A DNA stretch of 64,000 nt from Lama glama. Its lineage: Eukaryota. The position numbers were made by a program, and so were the translations under genes. The stretch is taken from NCBI GenBank assembly GCA_028534125.1, contig CM052816.1, positions 55,430,001-55,494,000 on the forward strand, in the 5' to 3' direction. Below, piece after piece: positions 1 through 11,579 of this stretch. Each line of letters begins with the position of its first letter. Position 1 is the first letter of the stretch. Below the pieces are notes generated by a model. It saw nothing but the letters and a program-made list of their open reading frames with translations. It had not been told where the DNA came from and ran no database searches.

Positions 1-1879
1 AGGCTTTTGGCGAGGGAGTAAAATTTCATCTGAGACCCAAAATAACTGAAAATTAACCACCCAAGAGAGCTAGAGAGAAAATGTGTGTCTCTGTGCAGCA
101 TGGGAGGGGAAGGAGAGAGAGAAGGGAGAGGCTGGGGGCCGGTGATAGTTCTGATGATGCGGGCAGGGGAGTGTCTTGTAAGAACATTCCAGACACAGGG
201 ACCAGGAATATTTGGAATATAAATACCAAACTAACAAGTTAAAGTGCAGGCATCCAATATAGCAGACAACTGTTTATGGGTCTAATCTTTTTTTAAAAAA
301 ATACTTGATTTTTATCACACGTACAACTGGTAAAAATGTAGTATATGGGGATCTGTCCACCCTAGATATATCCCTGGGAAGAGGGATGGGCTGTTGTATT
401 TTCTAAAACTATTTAACTGGAGCCCCAAAGTATTTTCTGAACTAAATCTATTCCTAGAGTTATTTTATGAGCTAAAATTCAGAAGCAAAGTGTTTCACTT
501 TCAGAATGAGTAGCAATGCAAGAATCAGGAAAAAATATGCCTCATATTCAAGTCTATAGTTGCTCACATAAAAACCAACCATCAGTAGTGTTAATCCTGG
601 CCCTATTTTTTTTTAAACAGATTTGATGGAATGGGAACATCTGGGGATATAAAACATCTTTCTCTAGATGCTTTACTTAATTACTCCCTCCCTACTCCCC
701 AAGGCTTGCTGTTTCTCTTCAGTACTGATAGGTCTGGTTAGTGTATTCAGGACTGACAGATGTTAACATAAGGGGAAGCTGAGTGAAACGTATATGGGAA
801 CTCTCTGTACTATTTCTGAAACTCTTCTGTAAGTCTGAGATTGACTCAAAATAAGTATTTTTAAAAACAACAACAATGAAGAACCTATGTATATACTATG
901 CTGCCATTTGTATAACAGGGAGAGAAATGAAATAAAGAAACAGACATATGAACATGATTTTACGTGGTTAGAATATCCCTGGAAGTACAGAACTGGTAAT
1001 GTAGGTTAACTCGGGAGAAGGCACCTGGGGGCTGAGCGTCTAGGGTAAGAGAATCAATTTCCTCTGGATATTCTTTTTGAATATTTTGAATTTTCTACCA
1101 TTTGATTATTTTACTTCTTTAAAAAATAATGAAAATCAAAAACCAGACAACGTGGAAAGGCCAGTCTAGCTCCAGAGTTCTTCGCCAAGTCAACTGCTCT
1201 TTCTGTCCAATCCTGCTTTCTCCCATTTTCATCCATAGGTATTGACCCCAAGGGCACTCAATAATAAACACGCTGCCTGCTCAACTTCTCAGCGTGCTTC
1301 CCAGGGAAGGAGTCTTACAGCTATTCTTTCAGCAAATTTATGAAATTTGCGAAAGTAAGATATTTTAGCTGTAACTGGTTAAGATTACTGTCTCTATCTC
1401 AACTTATGCTCCCTCTTGCTCCCCATCACATTGTGTGGTGCTGGAGTGGCTATGGCATTTGGGAATAAATTTCATCTGAGTTGATGGGATACATTTATGT
1501 AGTTTACAGAAGCTTCCTGTATAATCAACAGTTATGGATCGCTGTCCTATTGTGGGAATGGTTTCCAGGAATATTACTCGCACCCACTGTGCCAATTCAG
1601 TGTCAGGACACAATGGTGCAAGGCGAGGTGTCGTACTGAGATGTGAATGTGTCCTATAGCACCAGATACTGGGATTTTGCGGGGAGTGGTGAGAAAACAC
1701 TATGAAAATGTAAGGAGTCAGATGCTAATCTCTGGAAAATCCTTTCACCATCAGACGTATAAAATGATAGGTAAAAGGTACGGTTCTCAACAATGCCTAC
1801 TCAAAATGGAATTTCTCCTGTCAGATAACATAAAACTCATAATATGCCATGATAATGAGGATAACCCATGAGGCCTGGT

Positions 1880-2430
1880 AAATGACTGTCATCAGTTCAA
1901 AAAGTACTTAAGATTAGTTACTGCACAAGAAAACTTGAAATGCCCAGAGATCTTATAGCTCACATATAAAAGAAATTTAACAGGAATTTTCCAAAATTTG
2001 ACAAGAACCCTAACTATTACATGACATTACCAATAATGAGTAGTCAAACTGAAAGACAGTTATTATAAAATAAATTCTGATACACTCTGATAGAAGAAAG
2101 AGCAAGTTATCTTTCTATTTACTCTACAGAAAAGATGACAAAATCATTGTCATATGAAGAACATGATCAAGTATGAAGTCAAAAACAAAAAAAAAGCAAG
2201 GGATAAAAAGTAGTACAGAGGTAAATAAAGCAATTAGTATTTTAATTGTTATGTTTTCTGGATTTCTGTGATGCTTGTGTTTTTACCAGCTTTTTAAATG
2301 TTATCATTTGTTTTGATTCTCTTCTCTCATTCTAAGTACATTTTCACATTTGTATCTATTTTGTATTCTCTTCTTAAAGAAGCCCTAAACATTTGATTAA
2401 GTTTCAGGCCCTACGAAACCTAGATCTATC
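1880..2430. mobile_element. Decayed hAT-type DNA transposon fragment
   Basis: AT-rich transposase-3'-like sequence ending in a 'gtttcaggccctacgaaacctagat' terminus reminiscent of hAT/Tip100-type ends. Family from memory; boundaries approximate. Confidence 0.4.
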
Positions 2431-3124
2431 CATGAGAGACATACTTTGAAAATACCTCCTCTAAAATGCATAAAATGACATTATTACTACATTAGAATTC
2501 CATAATGGCTCTCTGCTAGAGTGTCTTTCAAAACAGAAATCCTGGTAGTGAGAAAATATGCTCCCAGGGGAAGGCTCTGGAGGAAAATACAGCACTTCCC
2601 TGAGTATTAGTGCCCATCACTGCAGTCAGTACTGGCAACACAATGCTCACTAGAGAAATTGTTAACATCTCTATTTTAACATAATTTATAAATTTGTTTT
2701 ATTTTTCAACCATATCCCATGGTCAAAGCACTGGGCAGAAAAGTGCCAACCAGTGCTATCTAACAACTCAATGCTAGTGTGCACCCTTGCTAAACCTGCC
2801 TTACTGTTCCCATTTCCTTTGCCCCATTCTCATTTCTATCAAATTGACAATCTCTAACTCATGTACATTAAATAGAATAACAGACATACGGCACAAATAC
2901 CCCCTTGGTAAAATGTGAAAAGTTCAGTGTTCCCCAATGACTCTTCACACCGAAAGTCAATAGACACTATTCTTCTTATTGGGAGGGGTCATGTGTTTCA
3001 GCTCACGTGTTTGCATATGATTTGGTCCCTACCAAAATGGATGGTGACGTGAATTGAAGAGTGTGAATATACATTGATATTACACTGAACAAGAAGAAAA
3101 CAAGACGTTTCTGGTCCTATCATT

Positions 3125-3586
3125 GCAGAGCAGGGGGGCAGGTGCTGCTGGGTGTCTGCCGATATCCCTTCCCACTCCTTCCCAACTGTATCCTGATTTT
3201 TAATGGAGTGGCAATGTACCCAGCTGATAAAATACATTTCCCAGCCATCCTGAAACCAGAAGTATCTATGTGACAGAGTTCTGGCCAATGAGGCAAAAGT
3301 GAGGCTCCCGGGAATGCTCTGTAAAGGGAGGCTAGCCAAATAACAACAGCTTCTGCCCTTTCTCTTACTTCTACCTGGGATTCAGAGGTGATACTGTAGT
3401 ACAGGCAGCCATCTTACAACCAGAGGCATCAAAAATGGAGTTTAAAAGTTGCATGACCTGCAGCTCTGCAGGCATGGAGGAAGTATTACTTACCTTTTCC
3501 AACTGCCTACTTCTAGACTTCCTGCTAGGTTTAAATGTAAATCCTTATTTGTTTAAGCCAATTATAGTCCACTTCTGTTAGCTGCA
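3125..3586. mobile_element. MaLR solo LTR (MLT1-like)
   Basis: Typical MLT1 blocks: 'acatttcccagccatcc', 'gtgacagagttctggccaatgag', 'cagccatcttacaaccag', 'cttatttgtttaagcca'. Confidence 0.6.
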
Positions 3587-3590
3587 ACTA

Positions 3591-3896
3591 CAGTCAGCCC
3601 TCCCTATATACAGATTCCACATTCACATTCAGCCAACTGTGAATCAAAAATATTTTTTTTAAATTCCAGAAAGTTCAAAAAAGTTAAATTTGAATTTGAT
3701 ACAGGCTGACATCTATTTACATAGCATCTACATTGTATATTAGGTAGTAATGTAGAGATGATTTAGGCATACAGGAGGATGTGCACAGGTTACATGCAAA
3801 TACTACTTCATTTTATATAAAGGACTTGAGCATCTGCAGATTTCGGTATCTACGGGAGTCCTGGAATCAATCCTCATGGATATTGAGGTACAACTG
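3591..3896. mobile_element. Tigger/MER2-like DNA transposon MITE
   Basis: CAGTC...CAACTG termini flanked by TA on both sides; internal 'ttttatataaaggacttgagcatctgcagattt' is typical of MER2. Confidence 0.75.
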
Positions 3897-4899
3897 TATA
3901 CAGAGATTCTTACCTGATTCAAGGAATACTTGAGATTTTTTTTTTATTTTCCTCACACAATTTATGAATACTTACTATTCTTTAAAAGTTTGGAAGAGCT
4001 AAGACATTTATAGGGAGAGTGAGAGTAAGGGGAGAGAGGAGGAAACGGGAAGTTGGGTAGCAAGCTGTAAAATGTGGAGGTGTTTTAGTAGTAAAGAATA
4101 GTGTATCTGGAGCAAGATTAACTTGGTTAAGATCCAAGTCATGCTACCCAGATTCAGTTCATTTATTCATTCAACAAATATTAACTGAGCACATACTATG
4201 TGCCAAGCATAGTGACTGAAAGTACTTGGAGGTAAAACTAACCTTTTGGTGCCTCAATTTCCTCATTGGTTAAGTGGAGACACTGACAATATCTACCTCA
4301 TGGGGTCATTATGAGGATTAAATGGGTTACTAGAAGTGTAAGTGGCATCTGGGAAGTGTTCAATAAGTATCAGCTATTTTAATATTAAAATAATTTTATA
4401 AAAATAACAACATATAAAAACAAGTTTGCTTGTATTATTAAGCGAAAAATATTAAGCCATGAAAATATTTTATCTCATTTTTATCTTATATGTCTTAGAA
4501 AAGACATATATATATTTAATAAGACTGAAATGATACACAAGATATAAACAAGTTATCTCTAAATGGTGAGATTATGATGCCTTTAATATACTTCTTTTTA
4601 CCTTTTTATATTGTCTTAATTTTCACAGCAAACATGTATACTTCTTTCAATAAGACTAATAAGGTTGTGCCTATTATGTGTAAAACTCCTTTAGGAAATA
4701 ATTGTTTTTAGGGTCAAGGAGCCTGACCCCAGTCAGGTAGTTCAGGCTTCCTCCTAAAGGGAGTGTGCATCCCCATCGCCAGTCGTACTAGGAAAATTCA
4801 CCCATGAGCTCTACTCAGATTCAGGGCTTCTATCACTAAAGGAGCAGGGTAAGTGAATATTGAGGGACAACATATTCTCTGCTACAAGTGGGAAGTAAA

Positions 4900-6650
4900 T
4901 CAGTAAGAAATCCCCCATATGATTGTTGGGCCAATTGAAGATCTATGTGGTGCTAATTGCCAAAAAATTTGAGAGAGCTGAAAGAAAGAGCATGAAAAGT
5001 AAGACAATTTATAAAACAAGGAGGAAAAAAAGAGAAAGAAGAATGAAACTACATACAGCTTAAAAAACAGATATATAATCCACTCAGCGAGACGACATAT
5101 CCCAAGAAACAGAACAAATTTCAGGAAAAAAAATTTTTCCTGCCCTTAAAGAATTCTCCACACTTGAAAAACTTAAAGAAAATAAAGACAGAAGAATGTA
5201 ATTTTTTTAACTAAAGTTTCAGGACTGGAGGGAAAAATTATGAGTAAAAACAACACCATTAAGGACCTAGCAATAAGCTAAATGCAGGAAGGAACACAAT
5301 TAAAACAGGGGAAAACTAAGTGAGTGACCTATAATCATACAATGAAGAGATAAAGACAAAAAAAACAAAAGCAACCTAAAGACAATAATAAATGTGAGAG
5401 ACAAACAATGGAGAGCCAACTTTTGGTTGGACGTCACTGAAGCAGAGAATAAAATAATGGAACTTTCACTTTCCAAAGGACGAACCAACAGATTCCACAG
5501 AAGATTTTTCTAAAAGGACGAACAGAATTATATTCCTGGACATTTTAAAGAGAAAAGTTAGCTTTTCATAAAGTTCAACATTTCTTCCTGATTAACAGAA
5601 AAATAAAAACACTTCATGAAATAGATACTAATATAAACCACAAAAATCCAGCTTTGTGCCTAATAAAGACCAGAAATGTTCCCAGTAAATTCAAGAATAA
5701 GATAGATTCCCACTAGAACGAGTGAAATTATTACTTAAAGAGCATATCACTATATATTTGAAACCCCAAAAGAATCAACTAAAAAAAGTACTAGAAACAC
5801 TTAGAGGATCAGTAGGATAGCTAAGTATAAATAATATTTTATTTATTTTTAATAATCATAAATAATTTATAAATACTAATTTCAACATTAATAAAACAAA
5901 AACCTTGGAGTAAACTTAATAAAAACCATGTAAACTTAACAAAAATCTGAATGAAGATAATTTTTCAATTCAACTGAGAGACAATAAATAAGATCGCTTT
6001 AATTTTTCAAAATATCTGGTTCTTGGATAGGAAGCTGCACTTGTAAAGTGTTCAGTTCTCCTTATTGAATTTATAAATCAACGTGATATCAACACAAAAT
6101 GTCAGAAAACTGTATTTTGTGGGGAAATGGGAAAATTTGACAAAATAGCCTAAAAACAGACATACACAATATTTGGGGAAAATCTGAAAAAGGAGACACT
6201 AATTGAAAGTTAGCACCTCCATAATTAAAACATCATTATTTTCCACAAATTTATAATATGATCATTCCAGATTAATAAACACCAGTTATTGGAACAGATT
6301 AGAATATAGATCTAAACGCATCTGTATACAAGAATCTAGTTCATGATAAAAGGTAGCATTTGAACTCTGTGAAGCAGAGATACTGAGGCAACAGGCTAGC
6401 CATTCAGGAAAAAAATAGAACTAGATTCCTAACCCACTCCTTCCACCCAAATAAATTTCAGATATATCAAAAATCATAATAACTGCAAATGGCACAAGGA
6501 ATGTTTTGGAGGTGATGGAAACATTCTAAAACTAGATTATGCTGATGATTACCTATGAATTTATTGAAAGTTATTGAATTGTACATTTAAAATGAGTGAA
6601 CTTGGTGATACGTAAATTATATCTCAATAAAGCCGCAAAAAATTTTAACT
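4900..6650 (+). mobile_element. Old LINE-1 fragments (L1M-type)
   Basis: A-rich decayed L1 ORF1/ORF2 and 3' UTR motifs (e.g. 'ggtgatggaaacattctaaaactagat...tatctcaataaag'). Confidence 0.55.
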
Positions 6651-6774
6651 ATTATAAAAGATGAAACCATAGAGGTGCTAGAAAATATGACTAAATGGGT
6701 TTATGGTCTTGGATTAAAAATCTTTCCAAAGATGATATAGAGCCCAGAAGGCAACACAAATTTAAAATGTATGT

Positions 6775-7348
6775 GTGTATCTCAGCATAATAAAAGCTAT
6801 TTATGACAAACCCACAGCCAATATAATAGTCAACACTGAAAGGTTGAAAGTCTTCCCACTAAAATCTGGAACAAAGCAAAGATGCCCACACTTATCATTT
6901 CTATTCAACAGTTTTGGAAGTCCTAGTCACAGCAATCAGACAACAAAAAGAATTAAAAGGTATCCAGATTGGAAGGAAAGAGGTAAAACTGTCATTATAT
7001 ACAGGTAACATGTACTATATAGAGAAAACCCTAAAGACTCCACACAAAAGCTACCAGAACTGATTAACAAATTCAGCAAGACAGCAGGATACAAGATTAA
7101 CGTACAGAAATCTGTTGCACTCCTTCACACTAACAAAGAAATATCAGAAAAGGAAAGTTAAAAAAAATCCCTTTTAAAATTGCATCAAAAGTAAAATAAA
7201 ATACTTAGGAATAAACCTGACCAAGGGGGTGAAAGACTTTCACGCTGAGAACTATAAAACATTGACAAAGGAAACTGAAGATGATTCAAAGAAATGGAAA
7301 GCTATCCCCATGCTCTTGGATTGGAAGAATTAATATTGTCAAAATGGC
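6775..7348 (+). mobile_element. LINE-1 ORF2 (reverse transcriptase region) fragment
   Basis: Translation [17 protein letters not shown]...[14 protein letters not shown] matches L1 ORF2p. Frameshifted; ends abruptly at 'aatattgtcaaaatggc'. Confidence 0.9.
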
Positions 7349-7643
7349 TTGGGAGGGCTGGGATCCTAGGAGACTTTCTGAGACAGATGGAGTCCTTCAC
7401 ATACTAGGGATTAGTCAATATCCAACTCAGAAATAAATGCTCACATGGATTTTATAAGTTTCAAATATTACAGTAAGTTCTAGTTCTTTCCCAGTTCTAC
7501 TCTTCTCCTATCACCATGGCAACCCATGAGACAAAAGAGAAATAGAGGTTTCTGATCCTATCTTGATCAGAGGCCCTTATATTCATTACTTTGATAATGA
7601 AAATAAGTGGTCAGTACACATGAAAAATGTGTATTCTTTGCAT
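7349..7643 (-). pseudogene. Endogenous bornavirus-like matrix element (EBLM), decayed
   Basis: Minus-strand frames give VY*PLIFII (7613), NLYFSFVS (7550), HVSIYF*V (7444) and YVKDSIC (7403). These are collinear with BoDV-1 M motifs as recalled: PGWPTLMLEI, FLNIPFLS, LVNIYFQI, VYKDPIR. Truncated at the L1 fragment. Confidence 0.62.
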
Positions 7644-7684
7644 TTCCTAATCCATACTCTACTTCAAAAAGGTCTCGTAATAGT

Positions 7685-9385
7685 CTAGTGCAAAGAATCA
7701 GGAGAGAAGAAAAAATAAAGAACATCCAGCAAAAGCATCATGCAATTATACAGCCACTCAAAAACAGGCTGCCCTGGGGAGGGAATGTCAAATAATAAGA
7801 GAGGGCGCAAATTTGAAAGTTTTTTACTCCTCAATGCTATTTTAATATCAGACCTCTGTATGATGAGTATTAGTGCTCTACATGATTGATTCATAATTAC
7901 ATACCTCCTAAAGAGAGTCCAGAGCTGGCCTAAAATCAAGGTCTGCGAAGTCTGGGTCATGCAAGAGTGAAGTGCTAATTGACTCATGTGGCATCACCAT
8001 GGTGACCACACTTGAAACTGTTTCTCCAAGGGTGACTTGACAAAGGATAGTAGCAGAACCATTAACAAAACTCCTTTAGAAGAAAATATAACAACTGACA
8101 GTTCAGTTATAAGTACTGAGGACAGATAAAGCCCCAAGGAGAAGACAGGAGCTGGTCTACCCTGGCCTTTACAAGTGATAAATATTATCCCCAGGGTCTT
8201 TGAACTTCTCCAAAGTGGAACTCACTGCCAGGTAACGGTGATCAGATGTGGGAATTGGAGGTGTTTTAACAATTAAATGTTTCTGAATTTTTGTCCCTTT
8301 GAATTCCTATTTGTTACAATATTTTGGAAGTGGTTTTGCCAGAGAACTTCAACAACAATGTAAACTGTTTTTTAATGTCCCACCTTTGTTCCTCATTTGC
8401 TTTCTACTGTTTTTTAACGCAACATTGGAATAACCAAGAACCAACCGGTCAGTTGCAGGTGGTAAATGGGCTGATGGTCATCAAGAAGTGAGATATGGTC
8501 TGGAATATGCAATAAACTGATGGCAAACAGCAGTTATGCCAAGAAGCTTGGTGGCACTGATCAAACGAGTTCAATCAAATTCATGGGGGAAAACACACCT
8601 CATTAATTACAAACTGAAAATCAGAGAATATAAGCCCTGCCCCCAGCCCTGTGCATAGTGACCTGATAGACAAACGAGAATATGCCTGCCCAGATGACAT
8701 ATTTGTAGATTTCTGGGTGTGAATGCCACGAGAATGCACCACTCAGCTCTCCTGTTGGAAGGAGCAGAACGGATCAACAGCTCCAGCTGCGTCCCTTGAG
8801 ACCTACCACCACGTCTGCACCAGGGCCATGCTTTCCTTCCCCTAGTCCTCCCCGAGTCTTGCCTCTACATGGCAGGGGTACGAGTGCAGGTCTATCTTGT
8901 AGGATGCAAGGCTCCTCTAATGGGTGACCTAGGCTGGAGAACTCCTCACTGCTGGCTGACACATTCTCAGAACTGCACTGCAGTCTCAGACTCTTCCTTT
9001 CAAATCCTCCTTCTCTTTCCCTCTCCTTCTAAAGTGTCTTAACTGCATCACAGTCTGAAGCTCTCCCTGCTGCCACTCCTGCTATGTCTCCTGTATCTTC
9101 TACATACATTTTCCTCAAAAAAATCTCCCGCAGATCTGAGCCCATCTTGATGACTGCTTCTCAGAGAATTCAAAGTGATGCAGAGTTTACATGAAATAGT
9201 CAACATTTGAATAATAATATTAATCCCTTCAAAGTCTCTTTTTGTACATAATCTTATTGGATCCATATAACTATTTGAAACATTTTCTTGAGATCTCTCA
9301 TGAATATAGAAGTCCTTCTTCCTTAAATGAATAATACTCTACAAGTATCTGTGACCACACATGGCTGTTAGGAATAAGCTGCGTT
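7685..9385 (-). pseudogene. Endogenous bornavirus-like glycoprotein element (EBLG), decayed and interrupted by an LTR
   Basis: Ordered motifs versus recalled BoDV-1 G: IRLC..ISC (9266-9189; IRRLC..ISC), CLSGHYAQGWGQGLYS (8672; CLKYHCKTYWGFFGSYS), WHNCC (8541; WFYCC), TISPFTTC (8478; TFPPFMYC), TLGIIFITC (8197; TLKDAWEDC), PQYL (8121; SQFL), FVNG (8069; IVNG), PWRNS (W at 8028; AWNES), and DIPS..WL..VLYF in the hydrophobic end of ORF 7685-7987 (GLPS..WL..VLYL). Several frameshifts and stops. Confidence 0.72.
8704..9182 (+). mobile_element. ERVL solo LTR (LTR16-like) inserted inside the EBLG
   Basis: GC-richer block with an LTR16-type 3' end ('cccatcttgatgactgcttctcagagaattcaaagtgatgca'); left boundary approximate. 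Confidence 0.6.
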
Positions 9386-10270
9386 GTTCATTCATCCATT
9401 CAACAAATACCGAGTGACTTCACTTCTATGCATCCATTGACAAAGATTTTTTTTGCTTGACTAAATTTTAGTCAGGCTCCTGAAACTTCTCGTAGGCCCA
9501 TCTGTGTACTTCCTTATAAAATCCACTTTTAATAAGAACGCTGCTCAGTCAATTTAGCAAGAACACCCCACCCTCTCTGATCAGGTTCCTTATCCTCCAC
9601 CAACCCCCAGGTGATATCTGATCACCCTAGCCTATGTCCAGTATGAGTTCTGTTATATAGGTTTAGCCAGAATTCCACCTTACTCCTGACATTTACCTTA
9701 GTAATTTTTTATCCCCTAATCCTAAATTCCCACTTCCCCATCCTGTTTTTGGAGTTAAATTCAATCTCTCTTGCCACTGCAAAATTCTATCAAAGTGGTC
9801 CCTGTACTTATCATGACAGTAGTGAATAAAGTCTGCCTCACTATCTTAAACAAAGGCCATGAATAATTTCTTGTCACCATCTTTAACATCATCTCCATGG
9901 TACTCTTTTGGGGATATACAGCAGTGAGCAAGAAAGAGTTGGTACCTGCCCTTATGGGACTCATAGTAAAAAAAAAATATGATCAACTTTTTAGCTCATA
10001 ATTGGGACAAGAGATACAAAGGAAAAGATCAAGGTGTTATGGGGTTAGGGAGGAGTCTAGGGAACCTACTTTTGGTAAATGGCTTTGAGAAGGCTTCTCT
10101 AAGACCTAACACTGAAGCCTGGTTCAGAAGGATGAGGGGATACCAGCTGGCTAAGGGTGATTGAGTTAGTACTGGGGGCAGAGTGGTGCCTCTGAGTAGA
10201 CAGGGAACTGGGAAAAGTCCTTAGGCAGGAAGCAACTAGAAGCAACCGGAGAACTAAAAAAGGATGAGTG
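9386..10270 (-). mobile_element. LINE-2 fragment, interrupted by an LTR
   Basis: Starts with the reverse complement of the L2 3' end ('ttcattcatccattcaacaaata') and continues after the LTR with 'ggggatatacagcagtgagcaaga...cctgcccttatgggactcatag'. Confidence 0.65.
9438..9876 (+). mobile_element. ERV1-class solo LTR (MER34/MER39-like)
   Basis: TG...CA termini (tgacaaag...ttgtca), 4-bp TSD CCAT at 9434-9437 and 9877-9880, AATAAA near the 3' end. Confidence 0.8.
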
Positions 10271-10278
10271 TTGTGGGT

Positions 10279-10405
10279 GGGGTGGGTATAACTCGGTGAT
10301 AGAGTGAATGCTTAGTATGCATGAGGTCATGAGTTCAATCCCCAGTACATCCATTAATATAAATAAAATTAATTTATTATAAAATTTAAACATAAAAAGA
10401 AAAAA
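10279..10405 (+). mobile_element. tRNA-Ala-derived SINE (camelid Vic-1-like)
   Basis: tRNA-like head with A/B boxes ('ataactcggtgatagag...gagttcaatcccc') followed by an AT-rich tail. Confidence 0.85.
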
Positions 10406-10440
10406 TTTGGAAATTCTTTTATTAATAGGTTAGATGAAGA

Positions 10441-11560
10441 TTTTTTATTTCATTTCATGTTTTGGTGGATGAATATTACTTATTACTACGATGAATGAGT
10501 TCAGTATCAATTCTAAAGTACTTTCGTGAGCTCTGAGATTCTTTGTTCACATATGTAAATCCATAGAATTGGAGCAAAATTTGCTGTAGAAATGTTATTC
10601 AACTCTTTGAATTTCTTACACTTTACATTCCAAAACCACACAGTGGCACATCTTCAAACATTATTTTTGTAACCCACCAGCTGACAACTCAATTAGATTT
10701 TCCTCAATTCCATAGAAAGCAAAGAAACAGAAGTCATCCTGAATTGTGAAGAGATTTGTTACCCATCATTAGAGACATTAATTTCTCAATTTCTATGAAA
10801 TATATAAAAAAGTTTTTTCCAAGGTTGATCAAATAACAATTAACTATACCTCTTACTCTTCTATTTAGAGGCATATTCTTTAGCCTGATATATTCAGAAC
10901 AAGTTGGTAAAACTAAGATATTGTTAATTATATTCAATATTGATAACATGCTTTCAATAAATTGAGTTAAATCTTCAGCTTGCATTTTCTTTAAAAAGGT
11001 ATTAACAATGGTACATCAAAAATACTCATCAATTAACCTAATTAGCAAAGTTATTCCTCATTCTCAAACCAATAACCAATCAGAATTCTGATTCTATTTT
11101 TCATTTCAAATAACCCTGCCTTCTGAATTCTAATTGTTGATATATAGGTAGATAAGAAATGAAGTCCTGCCTGAGTCTGTCACCTGGTTATGAGAGAGGC
11201 ATGGACAGCCTCTGTTCTAGGAGCAAATACGGCTTTTGGTGTGAATCTAATTTTTGAAAAGGAATTATATTCATTGGACTATGCAAGAATAAAGACATTT
11301 ATTGAAAACATAGAAATAGGTATTTGCAATAAAACATTTATATAATAATTATTATTATTGATATCTGTTTATATTCAGTTAGAGTTATTTAATGATTAGG
11401 CTGGTGGCATAGTTATAGAACGTGATCAAATAGAAAGTCTTCTTAGATCCAATTTTTTATGGTGGGAAAGGAAAATGGATGAAATGGATGGCACCCATTA
11501 TCTGATACATGAAAAGTGTTGCAAGGGATCCTTGCATGGTGACCAAGAGCAGGGACAGTT
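10441..11560 (-). pseudogene. Endogenous bornavirus-like nucleoprotein element (EBLN), decayed
   Basis: One frame from 11242 gives TPKAVF..VHASL..FLSTYI..ILIG (11086), versus recalled BoDV-1 N TPSLVF..LHAAF..YLSTPV..LLIG. Then LKKMQA (FKTMMA), GKNF (10820; GKEF), VTNLFTIQD (10762; MTTYTTIKE), ELSA (10690; EVSA), DVPLCG (10652; DLFPFLG) and FTYVNKESQSSRKY (10559; FYWSKKENPTMAGY). The ~1.1 kb length fits N. Confidence 0.7.
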
Positions 11561-11579
11561 TTTCATCACCTCAGTCCAA

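Noticed and set aside
7895..7935. RPALDSL*EVC resembling BoDV G RPTLKDAWEDC
   Set aside because: Out of order relative to the QYL, VNG and WxxS motifs. The TLxxxxxxC match at 8197 fits the spacing better.
8414..8424. TGTTGCGTTAA on the minus strand, resembling the BoDV genome terminus
   Set aside because: An 11-nt match in the middle of the G-like block; probably chance.
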